NCBI GenBank assembly: GCA_900088475.1
Contig: FLMG01004374.1
Location: 124,001 to 188,000 of the forward strand
Length of the DNA stretch: 64,000 nucleotides
Direction of reading: 5' to 3'
DNA from: Hyphochytrium catenoides
Lineage: Eukaryota; Protista; Hyphochytriomycota
The stretch's first letter is position 1. Each line of letters opens with the position of its first letter. Of the stretch, positions 11,901 through 24,149 are shown piece after piece. The notes under the pieces are model-generated. The model was not told where the DNA came from. It did no database searches and worked only from the letters and a program-made list of their open reading frames with translations. The position numbers were made by a program, and so were the translations under genes.

Positions 11901-12738
11901 TATCTATTTCGGCAATGCCGAGTTTGGTCAAAGGGGTACTAAGCGCTAAGTAACGTTTCAGAGAGACGAGCCTTGTCGTTCGGCCCTACATTCTAAGTCC
12001 CAAGAGGTGCCTGGTTGTCTCTATACATCATGCTGCGGCGGGGCCCTACTGAGCATATCTTCCACAAGCTCCGTTGACATCTAGGAAATAAGAACTAAGG
12101 TTCGAAGATCAGGCGCTACAGGTGGTGCTGCGGCGGTGGGTTGTTGATGATACAAAGTGAGTTGTAACACCTTTCCCACCGCGAGGCGCTAACGCCGAGT
12201 TAAATTGACCTGTATACTTTCTGGAGTGGGGATGAGATGCAACAGTGATGCTGCTTCTCTTCACTCCCACTTGTTGCTTGCTACCTGTCCATCTTCATCG
12301 AGTCGAGCGGGGCATGCGGGACATTGTCTTTCTTCTAGTTGCGCAGTGATGAGATGCCGCGTAGTCTCTGCTGACAGAGCTTAGGAATACAGGGCATATG
12401 GAGTGACACTATATGGTCGGTCAGCGTTGTCCTATTGGCAACCAGCGATGCTGGTCTGGGTCAAGGCAGGACTCTATGGCATTGGGAGGAGTTGCCTTTC
12501 CTTAGGAGGCGCAGGAGGCGGTTCGGAAAGCCAAAGAAAAGAGAAAAGCAAAAGCAACTAGCACGCTAGCGATGATTAGGAGTCTTTTTGCGCCTATAAA
12601 GGGCCCGCTATCCTAGACTCACAGTGGCCCGTAAATGTTAGCCAGCAGGAGGCCACTGGTGCAAATTGGAGCTCCTTAAGAGAGGAAGCAGCGTCTCACC
12701 GTTAGTGGAAACAGTATTGGAGGGTTAGTGGTGGCAGC

Positions 12739-15700
12739 TTGGGTTCTTTAAAGCCCTTGCACTCTCTGTACTGGCGAAAGATGCTCCATCATGTCAATGA
12801 CCTTTACGTGGAGACCTTCAAAAGGGTGAAGGAAGTGCAACGGACTCACGGAACCGCATGGGCAGCCTTTACTTCTTTCCCATTCTTCTACTCATTGTCT
12901 ACGAAGGTGGTGGGAACGGTGAAACGCCGCTCTCCCGAGCTTATCAAGCGACAAGCAGTATGGACCTGGGAATGCCTGGCTGGGGCCTTGGAGCTAACAG
13001 CCTCCACTAGCAAGTCCGTTGCAGTTACCACCATCCGAACAACAGCACGCGCCTGCCACGCAACGAAGGAGTACATTAGCGAAACAGAACCGCCAAGGCC
13101 CTTGCAACCCATCAAGTATAAGCTCATCCTACCTATGTTTGAAGTGGTGGAAGAAGGTAACCCGCTGGACATTATTGCTTGAAGCCTCACACTGTCACTA
13201 ACTCTCTGTCACTTTTTAATGTTTCTTGTTGTCCCCGGCCGCCACCTATGTCCTCTGGTGACAGCGGTGCAGTTTGTCTTGTCGGATGATATTATAGAAC
13301 TCTATGAGGTTGCACGGGCCAAGATTGTAATGCTGCCCTTCGGTCCCACTCTCATCCTACCCATCATGACCGCAGCTGAAACTACTTTCCGGATACTAGT
13401 GCTCGTTCCCTCACGGCCGATGTACTATGTGTCGCGCGAAGCTGTGGCCACTGGCGCCGATCGCTTCATTGACATATCGAAAACTCGCTACCAGGTATGA
13501 ATCATGATTCTCTTCATTCCTCTTGGCTTTGGATCTGAAAGCCTAGGTGTTGGCACACTAGTTTCAGCTTGCTGCAAGACCACATCCACATCCCTAGAGC
13601 CCTCCAATCTTTCATAGCTCTGGTCGTCCTCAGAGCCAGCCCTTCTAGTCACTACTTACCTATCTGAGTGTAATTCTTTCGTTTAGGCCATTGTAGAGCG
13701 CCTCTACTCGGCCACCGTGGTCATTGACCGCATTGACACGCATCTGAATAAGGCACAATGGAACTTACTTGGATGGGGAAGGTACTGTCCCCAGAATCCT
13801 CACTCCGGTTTCCTTTGTTCACTCTTCTCTCTGTTCTTTGCCGCTCTTGACGATCACTCTAATCAGATACTCTGAAGTCACGGAAGAGGCAAGGAAGGAT
13901 ATTCTACTCTCCATGTACCAGCGCTGGAGTGCCATTGACACACCTTTCAAGAAATATGAGTTCTTGGCTTATCTTCGGGCGCACAGCGCAGATCTGTACA
14001 CGGACATTCTCGCCACCTTTCCTGGCCTAACAGGCTCTGGTATCAAAATAGAGGATGTTGACAAGGAGTCAGATCTATACATCTGGCTCTTGGAACACGA
14101 GATGACAACCATTCCCTGCTGGTTCCTCTCAAGAACTGATTCAAGGGTAGGAGGAATGGCTGATCGGAGTAGTTGGCCCTTGTTATTTAGCAAAGTTTCC
14201 TCAGGCTTTCCCATTGGTATCTGTTATCTGCCGCTGGCGTTTAGCTTCTCTTGTCTGCTCTATGTGCCTTGCTTCATCCAAGAGCGGCCCCAATCTTGTC
14301 TTCGATCGAGCATCACATGAGGGAGCTGTAGTAATCATTGGAGGGGTTGACTCTGGACTTGCTTGATTGGGGATTTTGCCAGCGTCACCTTCTCCTCCTC
14401 GATAGTCCCTTCAGTATATATATGGCGAGGGTCTGCCAGTACCTTGTCCACTTCTAAGCCCGTAATACCTCCCCACTGAATCTTCCACCCAACAACGTAG
14501 ATCTGGGAGAAGTTCCCTCCACATGAGGCCAGACGGTTGGAAAGAGCGTACCAGAAGCTCCAATCTTCACCGGATGCTCCTTGTACAGTCCGAGTGGATG
14601 AAGGGAGACATGAAGTGGACCTCAAGAAGTGGACAAGAAGCCCTGTCTATTGGCCAAGTCTAGGCGATGAGGACGTCAGAAGGAGCATCTGGTTGTATAT
14701 GGAGAGGAATTATGAGTTAATGCCCTACTCCATTCAGGCATCTGAGGTAAGAAGTTGGGTCTTCTTCCTTACTTCCTATTTTGACGAGTAAAACTTTGCC
14801 ACAGTTGCTGGAGGAAGCATTCCTCTTCCTTGTTTCACATCTTCCGGACCTTAAGGAGTCGTCGTTGACAAACTCTTACAACGCTAGGAGAAAGGGGCCG
14901 CTTCTGACGGTTCAGGTGGAGGATCAAACTGTGGAGTTCTATAGTCCTATCGGTGAGGACTAATCTTTGCTCTCATAAATCTAATTCTTGAGAAGTACTG
15001 AAGGATCCTTGCAGAGATTATCGCAGTAAAGAAGATTCTAGCTGGCACAACCTTCTTGTACAGCAGGCGGAGAGTTTATCGTGGAGACCCCAGACCTCGG
15101 AATGACAAAGTACGTACCAACGCCTACATCTTGTGAGCCGGGCCTGTGTTTGTTTATCAAGTAGCTTCCAGTCATCTACTTGATCAACGATCTCACCTTG
15201 TCATCTCGACATAGGCCGAGATGGAGCTGTGGACCGGAATCAAGCGCGGCAAAGAGGACAGTCATAATGACGATGCCGACCTCGATGCACCTGTCGACCA
15301 TTTGGTCTTTGTGGTCCATGGCATAGGAGACGCTTTGAGAACCGTCGACTTCAATGTCGTCACCCTTCGGTCGATCATGCATTGCGCGGACAATTTAAGG
15401 TTAGTTTAGTTAGGGTTATTGGCATTTTTGCGGGCCAATGTTTACTGCTATCTAATCAGGAAGTCTGCTCACCTCTCTGCTCTGACTCTCTTTGGCTATC
15501 GGCTGGCTCTCCTCTGTTGAAACTCTTAGTTCCGCCTCTATATCGTCGTAAACCTATTGATGTATGGCCTGCTTACCGGTCATTGTCCACACCTTCGATG
15601 ATTTGTCTCCCTTCTGTCTCTTCGATGCTGCGGTGCTCACTCCTTCCACTCCTGCCATCAAGGTCGATGCATAAGGATTCGATGAATTCTCCTGAGTTCT

Positions 15701-18569
15701 CAAACGTTGATGGGAAGGAGAAGAGAGTTGAGTTTCTTCCAGTGGAGTGGCATACAAAGCTGCACAATGAAGCCATTGGCATCGACGATATGATCAAGCG
15801 CCTAACTCTCAGAACTATTCCTAAGCTAAGGGAGTTCGCTAACGACTCACTGCTGGATGTTCTCTTTTATCTGTCTCCGTCCTTCCATCAACTCATATTA
15901 GACGAGGTGACAGAGGAAATGAACCGACTGTATGACTTATACGTCAACAATCATCCCAGCTTTTCGGGGAAGGTATCAATTGTGGGCCACTCTTTGGGAT
16001 CGGTTGTATGCTTTGATATATTGGCGAACCAGGAGGCAGTTGAAGGTAAGAATGGTTATTGCTCCTACGAGGAGAAGAGAAAGGGGGCCTCCAAACAATT
16101 AGAGAAGTGACCAAAGAATTGAGTATATGATCATTTCCTCTAACCTTTATTTATCACCTTGGTAGGCGGAATTGCCAGAGAAAGGACGGCGTCGAATGCG
16201 GAGAACTATAGCTCAGATGGCGATACTGAAAACAAAATTGTTCCAGCCTCTCTATTCCATCCCTCCAAGGTTTCCTGGGGGTTAAAAGGCAGAGAACGGC
16301 TTGAGCGGCAGCGACCTCCCTCATTGGAACCCCTAGCTTGTGAGTTGCAATCGTCAGTATCTGCAGCCGCTCAAACGCCCCTCAAAGGCGAGGAAGGAAT
16401 TAGCGTCACTCCTCCACTTCTCCATGTATCATCGACAGATAATAGGTGCAACATTCGCCCGAGATCCAGCCGCAACGTCTCGCTTGCTAATCAGAGGCAC
16501 CTCAATTACGACGATGAGGGAGGAATAGAAGGAAGAAAGAGTGCTGTCAGGATCAGTGATGTTTCACTAAAGGATGCTGTGGTCTCAGCTGGTTCAGCGT
16601 GGACGGCCATGTTGATGACCTCGCCAGACGTCACTCCGCGTGGCAATGGCAGTCCGATCGAGCGAGGCTATCCGTCGCGACCTGGCAGTCTAAGAGGATG
16701 TAAGGAGCAGAGACGAAAGTTTTTTGAGACTTCTCCTTTGACTGACCTTGTACACCCCCTTTTCGTCTAACTTTGCGTTCAGCATCAAGGATCACAGCTG
16801 GAGAATGTGAGGGTCCCTCTCCTGTCGTCTCTTCTCCTGCGGATGAAGAAGAGCAGGGCGAAAGTGAGCTAAGCGAAAGCAGCTCTCAGGAAGCAACACG
16901 GAGAGTCACGTACGCGGCTACCAGTTACAAGCAGCTCCATTTTTCAGTAGAGAACTTCTTCTCTCTTGGGTCCCCGTTGGGAATGTTCATTAAGGTTTGT
17001 GGGAGGCTATTGAAACGAAAGAAAGCTATAAGGGTTATGTTGGGGGGTTAACTGTCAAACGCCGCCGGTATTGTGGGGCCTTTGGCACCAGTTAACGGCA
17101 TACTTTGGAAATGTACGTCACAGTGATCTTGCATTAAGTATATATGCTTTCACAGGTGAGAGGGCAAGCTTTGGACAACGACTTTAGGCTCCCAACCTGC
17201 CAGCGATTTTTCAACATCTTTCACCCCTATGACCCGGTGGCCTATCGGATGGAGCCAATTTTTGCCCCAGATAATGCCGATGTCGAGCCTGTCATTATAC
17301 CAACCTTTCATGGCCGTCTGAGGATTCATTATCAGGTTAGAAATCAGCGTGAGAAGAGACGGGTAGCCATTAAGGCGTCCGGAAGTGAATGAACCCACAG
17401 GAGCACTGTCTTCGAGCTAAGAGCGATTGTAGTTAGGCACTGATGGGAGACATCTAAGGGACCTCACCTCCTTAAACTTGTCCCTGTCCTAATAGGTGAA
17501 AGAAGCAGTGAAGAATCTGTGGTTCAACTTCATCTCATTCAAAAGCTCGTTTGAGAGAACTATTGAGAATGCTGTGCAAAAAGTAAGATTCATAAATATC
17601 ATGCTCTACTCATCGTGTAAGATATGCTGGCTTCTGTGTATCTCCCTATGTATTCATGAGCAAGTGTTTATATCCCTTCTACGTTTGTTTGAGGGCATTG
17701 ATTAAGGCGTCTCACCCTCTCACATTTAGGTTGGGCTCATTGAAGAGGATATTCCCCGTTGGGATGCGTACGTCTCGGCTACCAGAACCAGCAGGAAAAT
17801 GCGCTATGGCAGTCTTAATAGGGGTTTGAGATTGGATTATTCTCTTCAGGTATATTGCCGGTGGTCTCCTTGATGTCGTTATGCTGTTTCCCCCTTTCCG
17901 CTATCAAGCTCTTCATGTAAAAAGCACCACTCTACTGGCTGCCTGACCGATATGCAAACGGCAGGAGAATGAGGTGGAGGTAACCACAGAGTATCTATTC
18001 GCCATCACGGCGCACGTTATTTATTGGACATCCAAAGACGTCAGCCTCTTCATAGCCAAGAACCTCTTTAGCGCTCAAGAAGGTAAGGGAGCCTACAGTC
18101 CCCGACGTGCCTTTACGAAGATGTTTCTAGCCACAAGCACCGCGTCTTATATTGGTTCATCGCCACCCATTTGTAACCTCAGAGCTCCAGAGCTCGGCTG
18201 AGATAATAGAGTCGATGGGACTGCAAAACGTCCTGGAAGAGGCTATGGACGACATGGCAACTGCCGCTAGAAACGAAGAACAGACGGGTTCGAATCAATT
18301 AGATGAGGACCATATCCCCCCTTTACATACGCCTTCTGCGATTCCCATCCCAGAAGCACAAGTACCATTGGCCCTAGATGATTCGAGAGGTTGGTAGAGA
18401 ATCCATCGATAGGACTATTTTCACCTTCTCGACAGAAGAAGGATGGATCTTTGGATGTTAGGCTTTCAACGCGAAGCGCATGCAGTTTATTTACGAAGAG
18501 TTTTTTCTTCCGTACATTCTCTATGCAGTTGAACGACTTCTGGCAGACAGTTGGAGACCTAGTCCATGA
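12739..18569 (+). CDS. DDHD-domain intracellular phospholipase A1 (DDHD1/DDHD2/SEC23IP family) with a WWE-like domain
   Basis: WWE-like WEKF..HEARRLERAY..VRVDEGRHEVDL..RSPVYW; HLVFVVHGIG; RVEFLPVEWH; lipase nucleophile GHSLG; FFSLGSPLGMF; FFNIFHPYDPVAYRMEP; RLDYSLQ; AHVIYWTSKDV. The true start is uncertain, and the end is either 18397 or 18569. Confidence 0.92.
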
Positions 18570-20302
18570 AGTTGATAAGGAAGGTAAAGACCCATTCGAA
18601 AACCGTGAGTGGGAAGAGGAGGAGGTTTAGTGGGAAGAACAGAGAGAATCCACTGCGGACTTGCCAGATGAAGCCTACAGCGGCCAGGATGGTGCTGATG
18701 CCATTGAAGGCCGCGGATCCAACAACAAGGTCTCCCTTTTTGATCCAGCCTCTTTTCTGCGCGAGGGCAAGAAGCGCAGTGCAGAAGATGCTGGACCCCC
18801 GGATGGCAGAGTAGAAGGAGCTGATAACACGCTAAGGCGGTAACAAGTTAGACTTACAATGAGTTCATGCCACTTTAAGCAAATAAGATGAGACGGCTTG
18901 GGTTGCAGAACGCCAAGGAAGACAGAGGCGACGAAAATCAACAAAAACCAGTCAGAGAAGAGGGATGACGGGGTTGTCAACAAAGAAAGTGAGAGGTGAC
19001 TTTATCGGCCAAAAAGTTATAATATTGAGAGTTCTGAGGGAAGCAAGCTGATAGATAAAGTACCCAAAAGTGTGCACGACAGCCTTTGATGTGAAGCGCG
19101 AGATGGTAAAACCTTATAAACAGAGCTCACCTGAAGCGTCCAAGCGATTGAGACCCCAATTGACCGGCAGACATATGAAAGAACCACTGGCACCCACTTC
19201 TGGTACTCTTTTGGTACAGACGCCAGTAATATCGGGTTGACAAACGGAAAGGCATGCTTCTCAATGATCTCACCAAGAGACACACCAAGAGTCACAGCCT
19301 GGGCGAACTTGAGCCTTAAAGTGGCTGCCACCGCGAACCACCCTGCGAGGATACCCTGGCAAGCTTCGGAGACCTAGGGTCAAGGTTAGTCGTGAGCACT
19401 AGCAACCCCGAAAGGGAGAACAACACAATTGTAAATGTGAGAAATGCGAGCGACAGGAAAGACACCTGTTGGGGATCAATGGACTTTAAGACAAGCTTGA
19501 TTTTCCTGCTTATAAGCTGATCCTTGGGAATCTGTTTGACATCTGGGATCCCATCTTTGTTATCATCGACCTCATCATCCTATCGGAAAAGCCATCAGAC
19601 ACATCGGTGACACAGCATCCCCAGATTCTCGGTAACAATGCCGTTCCGACCTTTTGAGATGCCTGCTTAGCCGCATAGTAGTTCAGGTAGATCGTGTGGA
19701 GACCGTGGTAGGTGGCAGCCCAGCCCATAATCCTGTAAGCAGCATGAGCCTGTTAGCCCTTTCTATTCCTCCAGCAGATGTCGAGAGCACCATATTACCT
19801 GTAGGCTTTAGTAGTTGAAAGAAGGAGGAAGGAAGGAGTTAGATCCTGAGCAGCGCTTATATGGGCCTGAAAACATGTACCTTCGATCGCGGCGACAGTG
19901 GTGACGTACATGCCACCGAAGAACACTAGAAAAAAGCCCACCAGCAGCGGTGCATATTCTTCAGGGTGATAAGGTTGGGCTATTGCCCGAAGCTTTTTAA
20001 TTTTCCTGCCCACGAGGGCCACGATGGGGCTTAGCTAGGCAACAAGTATAGCATAAGAAGGAAGTGTTAACTTCAGACAGACTGGCACTGTTGGTGTACA
20101 CATAGGTTCTCACATTATCGACAATGGCGTTGGCTTGTTCCAGATACGGTGCCAATCGAACTAGAAGATCTCGTGTCTCCTTTTGCTTACCACTCAAAGA
20201 GCGGGCAATAGAGGTAGGAGAGACTGGTCCGGCGGGCACCTGACCACCTTCCTGAATGGAAGAGGCCGTCGAAACGCGTCTTTTTTCTGGAGACTGCATC
20301 AT
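18559..20302 (-). CDS. Conserved multi-pass membrane protein of unknown function
   Basis: Spliced product includes LLVGFFLVFFGGMYVTTVAAIE|AYR|IMGW, DDEVDDNKDGIPDVKQI, FAVVAATLRLKFAQAVTLGVSLGE, YQKWVPVVLSY, SIAWTLQ|RVISSFYSAIRG and FSLFFPLNLLFFPLTVFEW. Exon phases are consistent; stop TAG at 18559-18561. Confidence 0.8.
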
Positions 20303-20755
20303 GCACTGGTTTACACAAGAGGTATCTTAAGGCGTAAGCTGGGACAGACGTCACACGGGCTGAAGTTTCCTTATGGGCAGTTGAACCCTAGCTATATCGC
20401 TGTGGGAAAGAGGAGATCGCGGAGGGAGATCACCAGCTGCTCCTGCTATGCATGATGATGAGCGCTGCTGCCCGGACAAGTACGCAGTCGGATGACGCCC
20501 GGATGCTTCTACATAGGCAGACAGAGGAAGAGAGAGAGGAGAGGCTAGGAAAGAAGAAGAGCTGCCCAGCACGAGCTTGAACGTCTTCAAACCGCAGCTG
20601 AGAGAGCGGGAGGCCCTGCAATCCTTACTTACCGCTAACGGCAAGCGGGACACGTGGAGGAGAAGATCCCGTTGGAAACTCCTCAACAAAACTACGTCAG
20701 GACAAGAAGGAGGAGATCACAGGCTCCAATTCTAACTTATCTTGTTGGGTTATGA

Positions 20756-20776
20756 GATGATGATGATGATGATGAT
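20756..20776. repeat. (GAT)7 microsatellite
   Basis: Read directly; intergenic. Confidence 0.9.
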
Positions 20777-22613
20777 GGCTGAGGGCTGAGCTGCCTGATC
20801 CATTGTCATCAGTCAGGAGGACACGTGGTGTTGATGTTGGGTACCAAGTCTTCGGTACAATATACCTGTACTGAATGACCTGTACTGCTGCTACGACAAG
20901 GCGATCCTCCATCATAGTCTATAGTCTAATTTAATGGCCTTACGATATGACGGCCCAGAGTGAGAGGAAGACGAGGAAGAAGAACAAAACATTTCTCATT
21001 GCTAGCTGCTGGTAGAAGTGGGTAGGAAGAGATGAATATGATATTGCTAGTTAGCAAAACATCATTATTTTAAAAAGTTGGACTAGCTGTTGGACTATTG
21101 GGCGGCCATCACGACGGCAAAACAAATGTGCCATAATAAGAATAAGCTCGCCGCTCGCCGATTGGCTTCATCTAGGTTTCAAAGACGCCTAGGAGAATAA
21201 TTACGTAGGTCCACCCGAAAGTTATGTAATAGAGGAGGCTCCTCCTCTTCCCCGCTTCAATAGAGAACATAAATATTACTTGGATCCGGCGGAGACAATT
21301 ATTAGAGGTATTTATTGATGATGATCTGATGAGAAGACAGTCTCTCCCATCCAATCAACCGAACCCGTCGCTTTCCGGTTGCTGTGGCGGTCACCGGCGG
21401 GATGGGGCGAAAGCTATTAATGAAAATATTGCGCTGTGTTGGGCCTGTGCCGTATGATAAGATGAGATTCGTCTTCCCTACCAGTAAGCGAAGAAGAAGA
21501 GCTGCATGTAACCTCTCGGTCAACGACAGAAAGGTGGAGACCATGAGGACATGTATCACTCACTAGCTGCAGTTGAGGCAGACGAGAGGTAGATGGTAGA
21601 TAATGAACACTCGGTAATACACTGTCAGGTTGATCCCGTGTTGGCACCTATTTAGTATCCACTACTACTACCATTCTCTCAATGATGTGGGTTTAACGGA
21701 AATAACCATCGTCTGCAGGATGAGATCTACTGACATCTGGAGAATAGAGTCTGTGATTTACGGTGATGATAAAGATTGGAGGTCTTATTACGAGTAACTT
21801 GTATCTTGTGTAAAAGGCCTTAGAAGTGGTATTTGTGCTTTGTTGGGTGATTTGTAGGTTCGTACAGATCTCCTCCGGTAGTGGTTTGTAACGGACGTTC
21901 GTCTGTCCATCGCACCAACATGGGCACAAGAAGCATCCGTCTTTTATCTCGTGACCGAAAGCCAGTAAAGAGGATGATAGGCTTGTGGATTTATTATCTA
22001 GAACTACAAAGCATCATGGTCACGTCTTACGCCTTTCCAAGCCCAAGAAGGAGAAGTTGCCCTCTCTGACACTCCTTGGAGCACGATGGGATGAGTGTTG
22101 AAGTAAGAGGTTCCAAAAAGGACAGTGGCAGTCCACGTTCCTCGAGTACAGTGGTGGCAGTGTTGGCTATCCCTCGCGTCTCTTGGACGCAGGGGGAATG
22201 TCGGAGATGAAACTACATACTCCTATGTTTAGCTAAGCGTGGTTCGATAGTGCTGGACCTACATTCACTAAACAGGAAGTGTGTGTGTGGTGTGTCCACC
22301 TTCGTGCCAAGAATAGATGACTATTGAAGAAATCAGCAAGAGCGATCAGGGGAAGAGTCATAGCCTCTCCATCAAAGAACTATGGGCCTCCCACCTTGGC
22401 TCCTAGCGTCCTAGCTAATTCATCTTTCAATCTCAGACACTAATAGCTCTTCAAAGGAAGGCTGCAACGGAGCTTCTTTGCGGCATACCAAACTGCAATC
22501 AAGCCTTACTTAGGAATCTCCATCACTCAGGCAAACTAATAGATTCACCTACTGTTGATTGGAAGAGGAGCCCGGAATAACGATCAGGGACGTGAGGTAG
22601 CTGCTTCGATAGA

Positions 22614-24149
22614 ATGGACGGCGAGGTGATGACTGGGGTTGATACGAAGTCTGGCCTGAATGGCTCAGGGAGGATATACACGGACGAGCTGGGTACCTGC
22701 TATCATGCGGAGCTTCTACAACAAAACAAACTAATCTACAAAGAGAAGACATACACCATGCAGTTGTTAGAGGGTCTTGATACCAAGAACCAAGGGGGAA
22801 AACGTCAGAAGGCCACCGAGGGCTCAAAAGGCAAAGACTTCTGGGTGTTCCTGAAGTGGCAGGAGACAGGTTCGGCAACTGAACATAAGCTCCTTGGCCC
22901 GTGCGACTTCACGAGTGCCCAAAAGCTCTTTGAAAAGCGATTCCAAGAGTTGAGTGGAAGGCCATGGATTCGGGTCTTGACTAGCCCTAGAGCACAAGCA
23001 GAAGTTGCTATTCCTGGCAAGTTTGAAGTCGTGGGCAGGGAGATAGACGCAATCCGCATAAACCTGACCTCCAACGTTCCCACATGGCAGTATTATCAAG
23101 CCGATGACCGCTATGGCCAACCTGCGGGTTGGTACAGTTATGACGCCGGGATGGCAAAGAAAATTGAGAAACTGTACCAATGCTACTTGCACAATCCCAA
23201 GCTCAACTTGAGATTCCTCGCAGCTGGAGGGGTCACGCATCAAATTGATCTGAGGGGCATGAAGGCAACCAGGACGGACTCTGGGGATGCCCGAAGTCTT
23301 CGACGAATGGTTAAATTAGTGCAGACCCAGAGTATGGGAAGCCAGACTGCATCTGAAAGAGCCTCAGGGCGGAAGGCCACTCAAGAAAAAGCTGCTCACG
23401 AGCCTACCGTCGAACTAGCTTCTTCAGTAAAGAGAACGACGTTGAATGACACCCCCATTCATGGCTCTCCTACCAGCTCGGGTCGCCCATCCCTAGCTGG
23501 AACGTCCGGCCGTCCTTCCCTTGGAATACGTCAAGGATCATCTTCTAGTTGGTCTCTCAAGAGTCAGGAGTCTAGCTCTTCTGACGGCGAAGGAGGCAAG
23601 CGTGTTCGTTTTTCTGCAAAGACTGAGGAGATCAGGGACACCCTCCCCACTGCTCTCAAAAGAAAGCCTAGCAGTGGTTCACCTACGAAGGGTTGCCTCC
23701 GTAAAAGTTCTAGCCTAGAAAGTACTGAGTGCGACGGGACAAAACAGGTCCCCAAAAATTTTCGACTTAACGCTTCTGGGTCTGCAGACTTTGCATTGCC
23801 AGTCGAGCTGCGAGGTGCACGGGTAGTGGCTGTCGGCGGCGATCTATACAGTTCAGTGCTGCTCAAAACAAACGCAGGCAAGAGAGATCAGTTTTACTTA
23901 ATGCAGGTGATTGATGATGGTTCCCATTACTTTCTCTGGACAAGGGCTGGTTCTCTTGGCTCCCTAGGGCGTGGCACACTTCACGGGCCCATGGCTATGG
24001 ACAAGTGCATAGAAGACTTCCGAATAAAATTTGAGGACAAGACTGACAACATATGGGCTGGACTAGATAACCCAATGTATAAGTGGAACTCAGGATCTTA
24101 CCGGCTGTGTGGGCCCTCGCCCAATCTGACGAAGTCTAATGCGCCCTGA
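22614..24149 (+). CDS. Intronless WGR-WWE-WGR domain protein without a PARP catalytic domain (511 aa)
   Basis: N-terminal WGR-like domain (YHAELLQQN..KTYTMQLLE..FWVFLKW..AQKLFEKRFQELSGRPW); WWE (PTWQY..GWYSYD..IEKLY..HQIDLRGMKATRTDSGDARSLRR); Ser-rich linker; C-terminal WGR-like domain (YSSVL..DQFYLMQVI..YFLWTRAGSLG..FRIKFEDKTDNIW). Confidence 0.82.
   Translation: MDGEVMTGVDTKSGLNGSGRIYTDELGTCYHAELLQQNKLIYKEKTYTMQLLEGLDTKNQGGKRQKATEGSKGKDFWVFLKWQETGSATEHKLLGPCDFTSAQKLFEKRFQELSGRPWIRVLTSPRAQAEVAIPGKFEVVGREIDAIRINLTSNVPTWQYYQADDRYGQPAGWYSYDAGMAKKIEKLYQCYLHNPKLNLRFLAAGGVTHQIDLRGMKATRTDSGDARSLRRMVKLVQTQSMGSQTASERASGRKATQEKAAHEPTVELASSVKRTTLNDTPIHGSPTSSGRPSLAGTSGRPSLGIRQGSSSSWSLKSQESSSSDGEGGKRVRFSAKTEEIRDTLPTALKRKPSSGSPTKGCLRKSSSLESTECDGTKQVPKNFRLNASGSADFALPVELRGARVVAVGGDLYSSVLLKTNAGKRDQFYLMQVIDDGSHYFLWTRAGSLGSLGRGTLHGPMAMDKCIEDFRIKFEDKTDNIWAGLDNPMYKWNSGSYRLCGPSPNLTKSNAP

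Noticed and set aside
20697-20915. Poly-His ORF on the minus strand
   Set aside because: A product of the (GAT)7 microsatellite with no other coding evidence.
21655-21700. cactactacta similarity with 50800-50822 as possible LTR or element ends
   Set aside because: Only a short (CTA)n run is shared and the flanks do not align convincingly.
14500-23320. Two WWE-containing genes within 10 kb as a functional ADP-ribose cluster
   Set aside because: A WWE-like domain is a normal part of DDHD2/SEC23IP-family proteins, and proximity alone in a gene-dense eukaryotic genome is not evidence of linkage.
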